Made by a program: the position numbers and the translations under genes. A model generated the notes under the pieces. That model saw nothing but the letters and a program-made list of their open reading frames with translations. It was not told where the DNA came from and made no database searches. A DNA stretch of 64,000 nt, from the NCBI RefSeq assembly GCF_030144855.1, contig NW_026781450.1, positions 1-64,000 on the forward strand, read 5' to 3'. Of this stretch, positions 1 through 12,667 are shown in pieces. The stretch comes from Hypanus sabinus (taxonomy: Eukaryota). Position 1 is the stretch's first letter, and each line of letters opens with the position of its first letter.

Positions 1-273
1 ACATCCCTTAATGAGGATCTGTAGGAAGACAATGAAGTGTGTGGGGAAAAATAGTGCACGGATAATCTTCACGCAGCTAAATACTTTAGGGTAAGACATA
101 AATGCAAAAAGTCCCCCCCCCCCCCCTTCACTTACTGATTGGCGGCTAGGGCGAAAATTATTCAATGGTAGACCGTCCTCCCACCATATGATTGACAGGA
201 CTCGTCTTTCCTGTTTCGCTGTTCTGGCAGTGAGAGTTTTATTTCAGCTGCCCCGTCACTCTGAGCCGCCGTG

Positions 274-545
274 ATCACTCCAGGCGCAGAAATAGACGGC
301 CGACGAATTCGCCTCCAGTTTGTCGGACTTCAGCAAAAACTCGCTGTTTAGTGGTCTCTTCGCCGGAAATCCACCGCCCAATTCCTCTGGCAGCACGGTA
401 TTAGCTATCATCGAGTAAAACATGGTCTCTAGACCCTGTCTCGGTATTGCCGGTACCACTACAAGTTGTTACCCTCCACTATGCAATTCAGGGTCACCTT
501 CTGGCCGGAAGGTTCCGGCGAAAGCCGGCGTCTGGTGGATCACCA
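274..545 (-). pseudogene. TRBV: V1: TCR beta V pseudogene, family A1 (CAWS)
   Basis: 3' half reads FYS...GFPAKRP...EFLLKSDKLEANSSAVYFCAWS. The 5' half has a +1 frameshift after PAFAGT, a TAG just before WY, and a second frameshift. RSS CACGGCG (267-273), 23-bp spacer, degenerate nonamer AATAAAACT (235-243). Confidence 0.9.
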
Positions 546-1692
546 CTGGAGAAGAGTATTGGCAACAGGGGGAGGGTGAGTTTACTGGAAGGATGGTGAA
601 TTGCCGATGACGAAGACGAGGTGTACAGTAGAAAAAAAAATGAGGGAGGTTTAAAATTGGGGCTTGTGGCGAGGCTGTCGGAATGGAGAAGAGACGGAAG
701 AGGGAAGACAGGGAGTGTGTGGAAAGTAGAAGAGGCAAGCACACAATTAGACTGCGAACGGTGGAGAGGAAATGGGGCTAAGAGAAAGGAATGGAGGGAG
801 ACAAACAGAATGAGTTTGCGAATTTCCCTCGAGTTGGTAGTAGAAACCGTGACATCAATGATGTGTATTTGTTCTCCCACTATTGGAAATGGCGATTCGT
901 GCAGCAATTAACACGCTCACTTTGGTGGTGCTGGTGGGGGGGGGGGGGGCGGGGTGCTGCAAACTGAGATTCGCGTCAATGGGGAAGGGGAAAAAGGAAC
1001 GAGTCTCGAAGAAAGGACAGAGGAGGGCCGGAGTCGGGAAATTTCAAGAAGAGAGCAGAATTTAGAGGCAGCGGCACAGGGAAGACAGGGCGCGGAAGTA
1101 AGGGGTTCGTAACTGTACAATAATGACTTCAAGACGACAACAGAAGGGAATTTGAAAGAAGGACGGGGGTAAAGAAAAAAGAAAACAATTTGGAACTTTC
1201 ACTCAGCGGATGGCGAGGATGTAGATCAGAAAGAGCAACATCTTCCTCGGAGGGTTTATTCTCTCAGTGATCAAAGTAGTGCGTGAAGCAGAGACGAATC
1301 CATTCACTTCAATCCGGATTGTTGCATATATCAGTGTCGTAGGTGGATTGACGGAAATACCGATTGGCCCCGCCCCTTCCACGCATCAACCTGATTTGAC
1401 GGATGTGTCGGTCCCACTCAACCATGTTGACCGGACAACACACTCTCTGATTTGCTGTTCCCGCCTTCCCTCTCTCTTTCGTCACCACAGCCCACCCATG
1501 TTATCCTACTGCGTGCGACTTATTTAAACTTCCAAGTCAATGCAGTTCCGTAGATCTACACAACAAGTGCAAGATGACGGGCCGCAGGTGGCATTCCTTT
1601 CGCTGAACCTAAGATTCTCGGGCGACGAGGGCCACTTAAATGAAGCTTACAAAATGCCCTGTCTCCCGCATTGAGTAGGATTCTGCATTAAA

Positions 1693-1711
1693 TCTCTGTC
1701 TCTCTCCCGCT

Positions 1712-1801
<90 letters not shown>

Positions 1802-1822
1802 TGATCTCACTCTCTCTCTTTC
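1693..1822. repeat. (CT)n microsatellite
   Basis: Long TC dinucleotide run seen directly. Confidence 0.95.
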
Positions 1823-2639
1823 TCCCCCCACCCCCTTTCTCATGCCTCCCTGCTCTCACCCCCCGAAACTCACCAGGTTCGCTGAAAATTTACATTCGCA
1901 AAAATAATTTGACCCTGTTCATTCCCGTCGTGTGATCTAACGTACATTTTACTGCGGTGCTTCCGCCCCCTAGTGGTAGCGGCCTGTACCTCCACATGTC
2001 GCCCTCCGATCCAGCTCAATGACAGCGAGGGAGTGACAGCAGATCTGTAGGGAAGACCATATTCTTCTCCACGATCAATCCTCAAGGATCTGTGTCCATG
2101 GGACATCTTCATGCTCTTACCAGGTTCCGGGCTGAAATCATTGTTTTCTTACAAACTGCTACTCCGTGTTACTCCATTTTGCAGATATAACAAGCAGGAA
2201 TCAAAATTAACTCTTTCTTTTCAAGGGTCGAATGTGAAGCTTTGGTCTCAGGTTGGGTTCAGTGACTTGAATCCCTCAGCAAGCACAGACATGAAGTGTG
2301 AAGATGCGATTCTGCCTATACCCTGGTCATCTGATCTCCATTCCGTCTATCCGGCATCCTCTCGCTGGTCGTCAGCAGACATCTCCCGATGAGGAGGCTC
2401 GTCCCGAAATGTGGGGATCATTCTCCTGCATCTCCCTTGATTATCTCCGATTTCATCTCTTCCAGTCCTGGGAAAGGGACGCAAAACAGCTCACAACGAC
2501 CCTCGTTATCGCATCCCTTCCCCGTCTCTTAGCAATCCCCATTATCCAGCACTCTGCTATCTTCGCACACAGAGGCCCCCTCCACCCTTCGACTCTCCCC
2601 CACCGTGCACACTCGCACACCGAGGGTCCTCTGCTCGTT

Positions 2640-3900
2640 AAGATTACCCACACTGTGTGTGTCCTACTCTCTTACACCGAGGTCCCCCTGTCCCTGGACA
2701 CACCCCACCGTTCACGGTGTGTCCGACCCCCGGATACCGAGGACCCTCTGTCCCTCGACACTCCCCACCGTTCATGGTGTGTGTCCTACCCTCGTACACC
2801 GAGGTCCCCCTGTCCCTGGACACTCCCCACCGTTCACGGTGTGTGTCTTACCCTCCTACACCAAGGCCCCCCTGTCCCTGGACACTCCTCACCGTTCACG
2901 GTGTGTGTCCGACCCCCGTACACCGAGGTCCCCCTCTCCCTGGACACTCTCCACCGTTCACGGTGTGTGTCCTACCCCTCGTACACCGAGGTCCCCCTGT
3001 CCCTCGACACTCCCCACCGTTCACGGTGTGGGTCCTACCCTCGTACACCGAGGTCCCCCCTCTCCCTGGACACTCTCCACCGTTCACGGTGTGTGTCCTA
3101 CCCTCGTACACCGAGGTCCCCCTGTCCCTCGACACTCCCCACCGTTCACGGTGTGGGTCCTACCCTCGTACACCGAGGTCCCTCTATCCCTCGACACTCC
3201 CTACCGTTCACGGTGTGTCCGACCCTCGTACACCGAGGTCCCCCTGTCCCTCGACACTCCCCACCGTTCACGGTGTGTGTCCTACCCTCGTACACCGAGG
3301 TCCCCCTGTCCCTCGACACTCCCCACCGTTCACGGTGTGGGTCCTACCCTCGTACACCGAGGTCCCTCTATCCCTCGACATTCCCCACCGTTCACGGTGT
3401 GTGTCCTACCCTCGTACACCGAGGTCCCCCTGTCCCTCGACACTCCCCACCGTTCACGGTGTGTGTCCAACCCTCGTACACCGAGGTCCCCCTGTCCCTC
3501 GACACTCCCCACCGTTCACGGTGTGTGTCCGACCCCCGTACACCGAGGTCCCTCTGTCCCTCGACACTCCCCACCGTTCACGGTGTGTGTCCTACCCTCG
3601 TACACCGAGGTCCCCCTGTCCCTGGACACTCCCCACCGTTCACGGTGTGTGTCTTACCCTCCTACACCAAGGTCCCCCTGTCCCCTGGACACTCCTCACC
3701 GTTCACTGTGTGTGTCCGACCCCCGTACACCGAGGTCCCCCTCTCCCTGGACACTCCCCACCGTTCACGGTGTGTGTCCTACCCTCGTACACCTAGGTCC
3801 CCCTGTCCCTCGACACTCCCCACCGTTCACGGTGTGTGCCCTACCTTCGTACACCGAGGTCCCTCTGTCTCTGGACATTACCCACCATTTGCGGTGTGTT
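2640..3900. repeat. ~62-bp minisatellite, about 20 copies
   Basis: Unit CCCTCGTACACCGAGGTCCCCCTGTCCCTCGACACTCCCCACCGTTCACGGTGTGTGTCCTA with 60-bp variants. It explains the long repetitive ORFs in all three plus frames. Confidence 0.97.
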
Positions 3901-3961
3901 TGTACAACCTCGTCTTGTGCTCCTTCTGCTTCCGCATTTTATTATTTTAGATTCTCTTCCA

Positions 3962-4191
3962 GTTCTGATGCAAAGACTCGGGATTAAACATCGACTGCTT
4001 ATTCCCCTCCATAGATACTGCCTGACGTGCTGAGTCCCCCCAGCGTTCCCTGTTTGCCGGACATAGGACACAGCCGCCGCCTCTCGCAGTCAGTGCTTAT
4101 TCCCCTCCATAGATACTGCCTGACGTGCTGAGTCCCCCCAGCGTTTCCTGTTTGCCGGACATAGGACACAGCCGCCGCCTCTCGCAGTCAG
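3962..4191 (+). mobile_element. HE1-SINE/LINE-like 3' tail fragment with a 98-bp tandem duplication
   Basis: CATCGACTGCTTATTCCCCTCCATAGATACTGCCTGACGTGCTGAGT resembles the common elasmobranch retroposon tail. 3996-4093 is repeated at 4094-4191. Confidence 0.65.
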
Positions 4192-5672
4192 TGCTGCTTT
4201 GTTGCCCCGCTTCGTTCTTCTCTCAACCATTCAGAACGAATGTTTAACGTTCGATGCAAATTAGGTGGACACCCACCTAACTCTCTCCCCAGAGAAATTC
4301 TCTCTATCTTGCTCTTCCCCCTCTCTCTGAAGATTATTCTCTTCCTCTACATCTACACGAACACCTCCAGTCCCTAATAAGCTGACGCTGGTTGTCGGGC
4401 GCATCGACTCTCTCCTTTTGTGTCTGCCTCAGTATGACTCTCACCCTCTCCCTGCCTACCGTCCTTAATCATCAGTTGTCACCTCTGAGCTGTGACGGTA
4501 TTATCTCTCCGTCCTTTTGTCTGAATACTTTTGTATGTACGCATCTATCTTTCTTTTCTCAAGCTACCTATCCTTCTATTTATCTAACTGCCAATCTGAC
4601 GGTCTGTCTGTCTATCTATCTATCTGTCTCTGTCTTTCTATCTATCTGTCTATCATTCTAGGTATCTTTCTGTTAGTCTGTTTATCAATCCATCTATCTA
4701 TTTATCTACCCATGTCTAGACATTTCCAATTTATTTTCTGTTTAGTACATTGCTTACAGAACTACGTCCTCTTGTCAGGCAGCCTCCAAGAACCTTTGGG
4801 GAGTACAGGCGTTACGTCAGAGATATGCCTGCCTCCGGCGCCGCTGTCAAAGTGCCCATCAGATGGGCGAAGGGACCAATGGGTGCAGGGTAGGTGCAGG
4901 GAGACTGCAGATAGTCGGAATCTCAATCTAGGTGGCCTCACTGGGAAGATACGATCGACAGAGTCACGTGACGAGGACCCGTCTGTGAAGTTCTTTGCGG
5001 AGAAGAATTTCTCCCTTTTGAATGTTCAGGGAGGGACGAAATAACAACGCCTGCAACATGTACTCTGACGAATAACAACACGATGGCGTCTGAGTGCAAG
5101 CCTCTTCCTACGTGACAGTCAGCTCACCTATTTTCTTGCTGACGACAAGCTCCTGTTGTGCGTGAAGCCATTGCAGTCCCGCACCCTTCCCCGAGATACC
5201 AAGCAACCGAGCGTGGGACGGCCAGATCACCAGGTTCTCCCTGTTCATCAGCACTGCGAACGTTTCAGGGTGGGGTTATTGCCAATCTACACCCAGGACC
5301 AGCTGTTCCTCAACACACCAAGTGTTCTTGCATTTTATGTTACGACAAAAAGACGTAGTGGGTTGAGAGCGCATGATTGGAGAATGGCGAATTCAGATGG
5401 AGGTAGTTTCTATTTAGTCTGATCATCGGAGGGAAGCTTTCACCTAAAATAAAAACAAAACGGGCGCAAAAATATCTGTGCAGAATCGCTTCCGCCATTT
5501 TAATGCCTGACAAGAAAAATACATGACAAGCGCAGCTGCGATACCGTCGCCCTTTATTCACCTCAGTGGCAGCAACGCAGCGCCACCTGTCGGACAGGCT
5601 CACACCCAGGCTCAGACTGACATAAGCCGGTGAGGTTTTTGTTCAGCTCCTCCGTCTGACCCAGTCGCTGTG

Positions 5673-6249
5673 ATCACTCCAGGCACAGAAGTACACGGCT
5701 GACGAATTCGCCTCCAAACCGACGGAGCTCAGCCTGAAGACGTAGCTGCTCGGCCTCTCTGCGGTAAAGCCGTACAGCGACCCCTTTGGTTCCACGATGC
5801 CGGCATATGTAGAGTAGAACAAGTTCTCCAGCCCCTCTCCCGTGTACTGTCTGTACCAGAACATCGTATCAGCTGTGTTGCTACTCCCCTCGACAGTACA
5901 GTTCAGCGTCACAGCCCGGCCGGTAGTACTGGAGAAAGCTGGAATCTGGCGGATCGTCACCGGGTTCACATCTGAGGAAGAGAGTGGGAGTGAAAAGAGG
6001 TGAGTAAGCGGAAGTCGAGAACGGCGGTGTATAGAATAGGGTGGATTGAATTTGGGATATTTTCGCGCGGCGCCCCGTACGAAGAAAGATCACAGTGAGG
6101 ATGGAAATGTGCGGAGAAAAGCGCATAATGAGACAGAAAAGGCACAGGACGAAAGGACGTGAGGATTATCCGAGGAAAATGAGAGGAAAAAATATTAGCA
6201 AATTTTCCTCACAGTGGAAGGAGAAGATTAGCTGGAGAAACAGCAACAT
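5673..6249 (-). CDS. TRBV: V2: intact TCR beta V gene, family A2
   Basis: Leader 6249-6213 (MLLFLQLIFSFH, GTGAGG donor). V exon 5971-5673: VTIRQIPAF..LNCTVEG..FWYRQ..LFYS..GFTAERP..AVYFCAWS. RSS CACAGCG (5666-5672), 23 bp, ACAAAAACC (5634-5642). Confidence 0.95.
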
Positions 6250-7639
6250 CTTCCCTGGAGGTTTATTCCGTCCCAAGTGAAAGTGTTGTGTTCAGGAGCA
6301 ATGATTCCGTTCACTTTGGTCCCGCTTGTGATGTAACTCAGTGACCTCAATGGTCATTGGTGAAATGGATGGCCACGCCCCGTGCTTCTTTTGGCCTATC
6401 TGAATCGAGACATGCGCGGTTATACTCTGCCGAATCATCAACTGTCTCTACTTGACTTACCTCATCCCTTTCACAACGGTAGACAAGTGGTGATTGCCTG
6501 GGTGCATTCTNNNNNNNNNNNNNNNNNNNNNNNNNNNNNNNNNNNNNNNNNNNNNNNNNNNNNNNNNNNNNNNNNNNNNNNNNNNNNNNNNNNNNNNNNN
6601 NNNNNNNNNNNNNNNNNNNNNNNNNNNNNNNNNNNNNNNNNNNNNNNNNNNNNNNNNNNNNNNNNNNNNNNNNNNNNNNNNNNNNNNNNNNNNNNNNNNN
6701 NNNNNNNNAGCGCTAAAATAACGACACGGAGTCGGTAAACTGCAGTTAAAGAAGATTTTATTCGAACTTCGCGGCCTCGCTTTAAAGCCTCCCTGATCCC
6801 GCCCTCTCCGGGCGCGAATGCTGTACGGGGCACGTATTCACAGTCCCGCGCGGGCTTTTCCCTGTGTTAGTGAAGCAGACCTGGCGCCTGTTTGGGACTG
6901 GCCTTTATGCCGGCGCGCTGGCTATTTGTGAGCCGGTTCGAGTGCGCTANNNNNNNNNNNNNNNNNNNNNNNNNNNNNNNNNNNNNNNNNNNNNNNNNNN
7001 NNNNNNNNNNNNNNNNNNNNNNNNNNNNNNNNNNNNNNNNNNNNNNNNNNNNNNNNNNNNNNNNNNNNNNNNNNNNNNNNNNNNNNNNNNNNNNNNNNNN
7101 NNNNNNNNNNNNNNNNNNNNNNNNNNNNNNNNNNNNNNNNNNNNNNNNNNNNNNNNNNNNNNNNNNNNNNNNNNNNNNNNNNNNNNNNNGAATTATGTGT
7201 AATGCATTTCTGTGTGTCTCCTGATTCACTGACTCTGGACCCGCAGACTGAAAGTGCGTGAAAGTCACAGGGAATTTCGTGGCGAGTCGACGCAGAAGTG
7301 GTGGTGTTACGGCAAACACAGAACGTCGCTTGTCTCCTGCTAGGAACAGAAGCGAAAATCAGTAGCAGCTCAATATGCTGCTGCCTCGGGTTGGGCATCT
7401 CTCCTCCAGACGGAATACTGTGAAAGGTGAGAAGTAGCAGCGAAGGTCTGCAGAGGAGATAATAAAGACAACACAACGTACACTCAGTGGCCTCATTATC
7501 AGCTCAGCTACGCACTGACCACACAGATAACCCGGTCTCTTTGTGGACAACCCGCTCTAACATCCATGACGCCGTCAATCATTGTGTCGCTTTCAAACTT
7601 ACAAACCCATCTGTCCATGTTAACATTCGTTACTCAGAT

Positions 7640-8165
7640 GATGTGGCCACTTTATTAGCCGGCACTTCACCCACTCGCTAATGCAAATGATTCATCAACC
7701 AATCGTGTTGCAGCAAGTCAATGCATAAGAGCATGCATAAATGGTCAAAAGGTTCCATTTCTGTTCAGTCCAAACATCAGAATAGGGAAGAAATGTGATC
7801 TAATTTACTGTGAACGTAGAATGCCTATTGGTGTCAATCCGGGAGAGGTTCCGTATCTCAGAAACTGCTGAACTCCTGGGATATTCACACACAACCGTCT
7901 CTTGTGTTTACAGAGAATGGCGCGAAACACTGTTGTGGTAATTGTGTGGGTGAAAGCGTCCTGTCAATGGCCGAGGTTGGCGGAGAACTGCCAGACTCTT
8001 TCAAGCTGAGAGGACGGCGGCAGTAATTCCAGTTCCCACGTGTTACAACTGTGGTGTGCAGAGGAGCATCTCTGAATACACAATATGTTGAACCTTGGAG
8101 CGGATGGGCTGCAATAGCAGAGGACCACGAACATACAGTGAGTGGCCATTTTATTAGGTACAGAA
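7640..8165 (+). mobile_element. Tc1/mariner-derived non-autonomous fragment (N-terminal HTH region)
   Basis: Degenerate GKKCDL...SETAELLG.SHTTVS.VYREW coding remnant, bounded by GTGGCCA(C/T)TTTATTAG repeats. Homologous copies near 19315, 34665, 43650 and 51650. Confidence 0.8.
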
Positions 8166-8479
8166 GGTCACCCAGTGGATGTTCTCCCCATTAATTACAT
8201 AACTATAGAAGACATAGATGTATGTGCGAGATATTAGCATTGGTACAGATGCCTCCATAGAGCAAACTTTTACAGATGCATCGTCATAACTATCGCGCGT
8301 TGCTGTGTGTCGTTCGAGTCGGACAATGTTCAGCGATATTCAGTGTACTGCTGCCCTCACGTGGCGGGAAGCCGGTTCTGCACCATTTGCTCAATAGGTG
8401 GAACGATTTTCTGTGGCCGGAGACTCACGCCCTACCGCTCTTGATGGCGTGTGGAAAAGTGTAACATTGAACGTTTCAT

Positions 8480-8770
8480 GAAGAAACCCTTCATCAGGAC
8501 TGGGAGTGAAAAGTGTAGCGGGGAGGAGGGTGCGGGAAAATTCCTGAAATAATAGTTGCGGGATGGTTAAATTGGGCTGGAGTGGGAAGAATATGATATA
8601 TGATAGGAGAGGAGACGGAAAACAGGGGTAGGGGAAGGAGGAGAGTTTCAAGGGAGAAGCAATAGTCAGGCGAGCAAAAGGAAAAGGTAACAGTAATATA
8701 CACCATCAAGTTGGAGGGTACTCAGATGGAATATAAGAAGTTGTTCCTCTACCTTGACTGTAGCCTCGTC
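8480..8770 (-). mobile_element. Penelope-like retroelement 3' fragment
   Basis: Reverse complement encodes ..KVEEQLLIFHLSTLQLDG followed by a pyrimidine-rich tail ending CAGTCCTGATGAAGGG. Inverted copy of 63570-63845. Confidence 0.6.
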
Positions 8771-9508
8771 TTGACGCCAGGGGTCGCCAAGAACCGACAC
8801 GTCAGCAGTTGAATGGGAATCAGAATTATAAAGTCTGTCCCTATACAGTTATGCCGTGTAAAACTTGTTCGCAGAAAACAGTTAATTACATTTTGCATTG
8901 ATATAGAGAAAGGTAAATTAATAAATCCGTTTACACTTGCTGCATCTATGGACTTACGGTGAAAATATGGTCTTGCATACAGACCACAGTGCACTGGTGT
9001 GGAATAAAGTTAATCAAAAATGATTAAATTCGACAGAGAAAACCGCAGTGAGGGTGAACAGGACTAGGGAGATGTAGATTGTGATTTCGAGAAACCATAT
9101 CATTGTCCCATCCTCGAGCATAAGAGTAGGGTAACGAAGGCAGAGAAACTGCTGGATTGGTGACTGGAGCCTTTATTATCATCGGCTCCTTTACTGAGGT
9201 AACGAATGAGGGGAGGTTTGAGCGATGTGCTGAGCTGTGGGCAGGGCCCTCTCGGGATTCCTGCCGTCAGTTGCAGAGCAGATGGTTCAGCAGGCCGTTA
9301 TTCATCAAAGCCCCTTTGCTTGTCGATGTGATATCCGAGGTAGCAGGTGCACGCGCGGAAATGCAGCCGAGTGCAGCCCGTTCGTGACAGAAAGAAACAG
9401 TCGAACACGGTCTTGTGCTGCCACCTACTGGTACAAAATGGCCACTGAACCTCCCTGCTGCAGGCTGGAAGGTTTTTGCAGGCGAGACTCGTTATCTGAA
9501 GTTCTGTG

Positions 9509-10360
9509 CGCTATTACAAGCGCAGTAGTAGACGGCGGAGTGGGAGGCCGATGCCCGTCCCAGTTCCAGTTTAAACAGAGTGTTGCTGGGTCTTGTCGCC
9601 GTGAAGGATTCGGATGTGTAGTTCGTAACAGAACCTTGTCCAACAGAATAGAAGAGAGCATCTATTATCCGGTCCGATCGCTGTCTGTACCAATAGCCCG
9701 TATTCAGCACAGTGCTTTCGATGCTGAACGGAGTGATAGGGAGGACGGCGATTTCTCCACATACGCGGAGAGAATCCCTAGAAGATAGAAAAGAAGAAAA
9801 GATTCTACTCCAATTTTTTTTTTTTTGATTGAACATCAAGTGCTGAGCTGGACAGAAGGACATTTCTGGCGATCTCGAAGACCCTGCTCACTTTTCCATT
9901 GACACGATTGGCCATCCTCGCGGCACGACCAGATTCCACTGGCGGTGAGAATCGACGGGCTGAATAGACACGCAACAGGGGAGACAGCTCCGACTCCGAC
10001 TTACTCTGACTCAGACACAACGAGAGCCATTGAAACGGAGTGAAGAACTGCCGTTGAATCCCCTGCAGAATATGCGCATATTCGCGTTTGGTCCGCGTTC
10101 AATACGTCGCAGGGCCCCACACACCCTCGGAAAAATCGCTTGATATCCCCTTCCAAGCTGAAGCAGACGCCGTTTAAATGCCCTATCCGGCAGTGCATCA
10201 CCGAAAAGCGCGTTAACGGGTTACAGTGATCAGACGAGGAAATCTAACCGATACTGCAATACAGAAGGCATTCCGTGCCCCCGTAACCCTAGACCGGTGA
10301 TTTTAACTTACGCGGGATCGCCACCAGAATCAGCGGGAGGCAAAGTGACCCCCGCACCAT
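9509..10360 (-). pseudogene. TRBV: V3: TCR beta V pseudogene, family B (CACxS)
   Basis: Leader 10360-10312 (MVRGSLCLPLILVAIP, GTAAGT). V exon starts at 9777. A 13-nt deletion relative to paralog V20 frameshifts FR1, and Cys23 is absent. RSS CACAGAA (9502-9508), 22 bp, GCAAAAACC (9471-9479). Confidence 0.9.
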
Positions 10361-10473
10361 CGTTTACAGAATGAGGGTAGTTCCGCTGTGTGGAACCGAA
10401 TGAAGCTCGGTATCAGATGTCAGTGACGTCTCTCTGCGCGGCCTGATGAAGGTCTTCCCGTTGGCTGAGTGAC

Positions 10474-10488
10474 AACACGTCACTTCCG
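10474..10488 (-). promoter_or_regulatory. ETS-CRE-like promoter element of V3
   Basis: CGGAAGTGACGTGT on the gene strand, about 115 bp upstream of the ATG. Confidence 0.6.
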
Positions 10489-10939
10489 TAGCGGTGTACC
10501 TCCTTTGAATGGCTTCCGCTGTTGAGAAGCTGACGGCAAGAGCCGAGGTGTAAACATGCAAAGCGGACGGGTTCAGATGATTCGGAGCGCGGTGGCAAAT
10601 ATCACAAGGAAAACGTTTAAAATAACTTGGCACGTAGGTTCTCGGGACCCCAACACGCACCGCAATTGTTATCCAATTTATTTATTCATTGTTTCTTGAC
10701 CGTGGCATCGCTTCCATGCCGGGAAGTACCCGCCTTCTCCATCGCCTTACAGCATAGCGGAATCCAACTGCCATCATGTTATCCACAGATTTGAGGTGGT
10801 CCAGGCTCCCTCGCTTCCGTAGGATTCATTCGCCATCTACTTTAATCCTGCTTCCCGTGGATAGGTGCCTTCCAGCTTCGAATATTCCAAAGGAATTTGC
10901 ATTCCAGACCTGGAATACCTCATAATTTAGGTCAGGTCA

Positions 10940-11165
10940 TCTTTTCGGAGGCGCTGTTCGTTCCACCTCAGGCTCATGCCAAACGGGCTCTGGACGAAAT
11001 GTGCGATTTAATCAACAGATATGAAACAGCCCGTCCCGATGCCTTCCCCGGCATGTTGGGGGACTTCGACCAGACCGGCCTGATAATGTCGCTAATAATT
11101 ATTACCACCAGATCACCCGCAGTACCAGTGGAAATCACACTGTGGACCACTGTTACACTGAGATC
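10940..11165 (+). mobile_element. Rex1/Babar-like non-LTR retrotransposon endonuclease fragment
   Basis: VPPQAHAKRALDEMCDLINRYETARPDAF..GDFDQ resembles the APE-domain VYIPPQA..GDFN motif. Copies at 41290-41500 and 61175-61385 on the minus strand. Confidence 0.7.
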
Positions 11166-12027
11166 TAGGGATTTGTCCATCACTCCTTGCCCTTTCCGTT
11201 CCCTTTTCGTGATACCAACCTACCTCTTACAGTCTCACCTGTCCATCATGACCTTCCGGTTCCGCCCCTCCTGCACCTATTCCCATGAGTCACCGCTTTC
11301 CAATGTCAGCTGACTTCTACTTCCTCTCTTTATCTAATCAAGCTGTCTCCTCCCAGCATCTCATACAGAAGCCCTCACAAGCCCATCCGCCCAGCTTTCC
11401 CCTTCGCCTGATCTATTCTACCACCTTCAAGCCTGTACTTCAAAGAGTGTGTTCTACCCATTGTGCACCGTTTGTCTCTGGGCTTTCCACTCCATGGAAG
11501 GTTTGTTAGTCATTCCCTTGTTGTAGGTGGTCCCACTGCCCCTCGACACTCCCCACAATTCACAACGTTTACGTCTGACCCTTATACACCTGGGTCCCTC
11601 TGTTCTGCAAGTCCTCAACGTCCCAGCTTGTGCTGCGCTTCGGCGAGTGAATAAAGAGGATAAAGAGCGGTAGATTTGATCCTGCGGACGGCACACAATG
11701 AGCGCTGTCCAGTCGCACTCAAAGGTTACGAGCCTCTGGCGCTGGAGATACGCGGGGGAAACCGCACATTAAAAAGGAAGGTTGGAGTGGAGATATCAAT
11801 GTGCGGATTATCGTCACCCATATGAATGCTTAATAAGGGGAGGACTGTAAATGCAATAGTTCCTCCCCTTCTCTCTCTGATTGGTCGTCAGTGCGCAACG
11901 CCTCACTGATAGACTCGCCTCCCAGCCGCTGATTGACAGACTTCGCATTTCCTGTTCAGCTGACAGCAGCGACCCTGCTGACAGTGAGAGTTTTTGTACA
12001 GCTGCCCCATCACTCTGAGCCGCCGTG

Positions 12028-12667
12028 ATCACTCCAGGCGCAGAAATACAGGGCCGAGGAATCCGCCTCCTGTTTGTCGGACTTCAGGAAGAACTCGTTA
12101 GTCTGCGGTCTCTCCGCCGTAAAACCATCGACCAATCCCTCGGGCTGGACGGAATTAGCTGCCGTCGAGCGAAACATGTACTCCGGACCCTTTCCGGCGA
12201 ATTGTCGGTACCAGTACAACCAGTTGTTAGCAGTGATACGACCCTCGACTGTGCAACGCAGGGTCACATTCCGGCCGGCAGTTCCGGAGAAAGCCGGTGT
12301 CTGGTGGATCGTCACCGAGGTCGCGTCTGGAAAAAAGAGACAGATTTGGCTTAACGGGGAGAAGGGAAGCGTAGACGCGGATCAATGGGGATTGGGGATA
12401 AATAGGGCGCATTGGAGGAAGCAAAAAAGATGACTGAAGAAGGAGACATTTCGACAGGAGATAGAAATTTAATGGCGGCGGCAGAGGGCAGATAGTCTGC
12501 GGACGCGAGGCCTCTTAAGTATATAAGGAATGAATCCGAGACGACGGGAGGGGAAAGCAAGTGGAAGGGACGTGAAGGAAAGCAGAAGCAGAGAGAGGGA
12601 AATAAATAATATTTGGGAACTTTCACTCACAGCGGAAGGCGAGGATGAATTGCAGAAAGAGAAACAT
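12028..12667 (-). CDS. TRBV: V4: intact TCR beta V gene, family A1
   Basis: Leader 12667-12631 (MFLFLQFILAFR, GTGAGT). V exon 12326-12028: TIHQTPAF..RCTVEG..LYWYRQFAG..GFTAERPQ..YFCAWS. RSS CACGGCG (12021-12027), 23 bp, ACAAAAACT (11989-11997). Confidence 0.95.

Noticed and set aside
2640-3900. CRISPR-like array
   Set aside because: The units are contiguous near-identical repeats with no unique spacers, the context is eukaryotic, and there are no cas genes.
2298-3987. Three long overlapping ORFs (550, 460 and 379 aa)
   Set aside because: They are translations of the 62-bp minisatellite, which lacks stops in the plus frames. There is no protein-family signal.
6511-7189. N runs at recurring positions (also 18681, 35644, 36227, 37676, 44622, 45082, 52951, 57928)
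   Set aside because: They sit where an unmasked paralog has a microsatellite (for example 52560-52680 and 54655-54730), so most are probably masked simple repeats. ORFs spanning them are artefacts.
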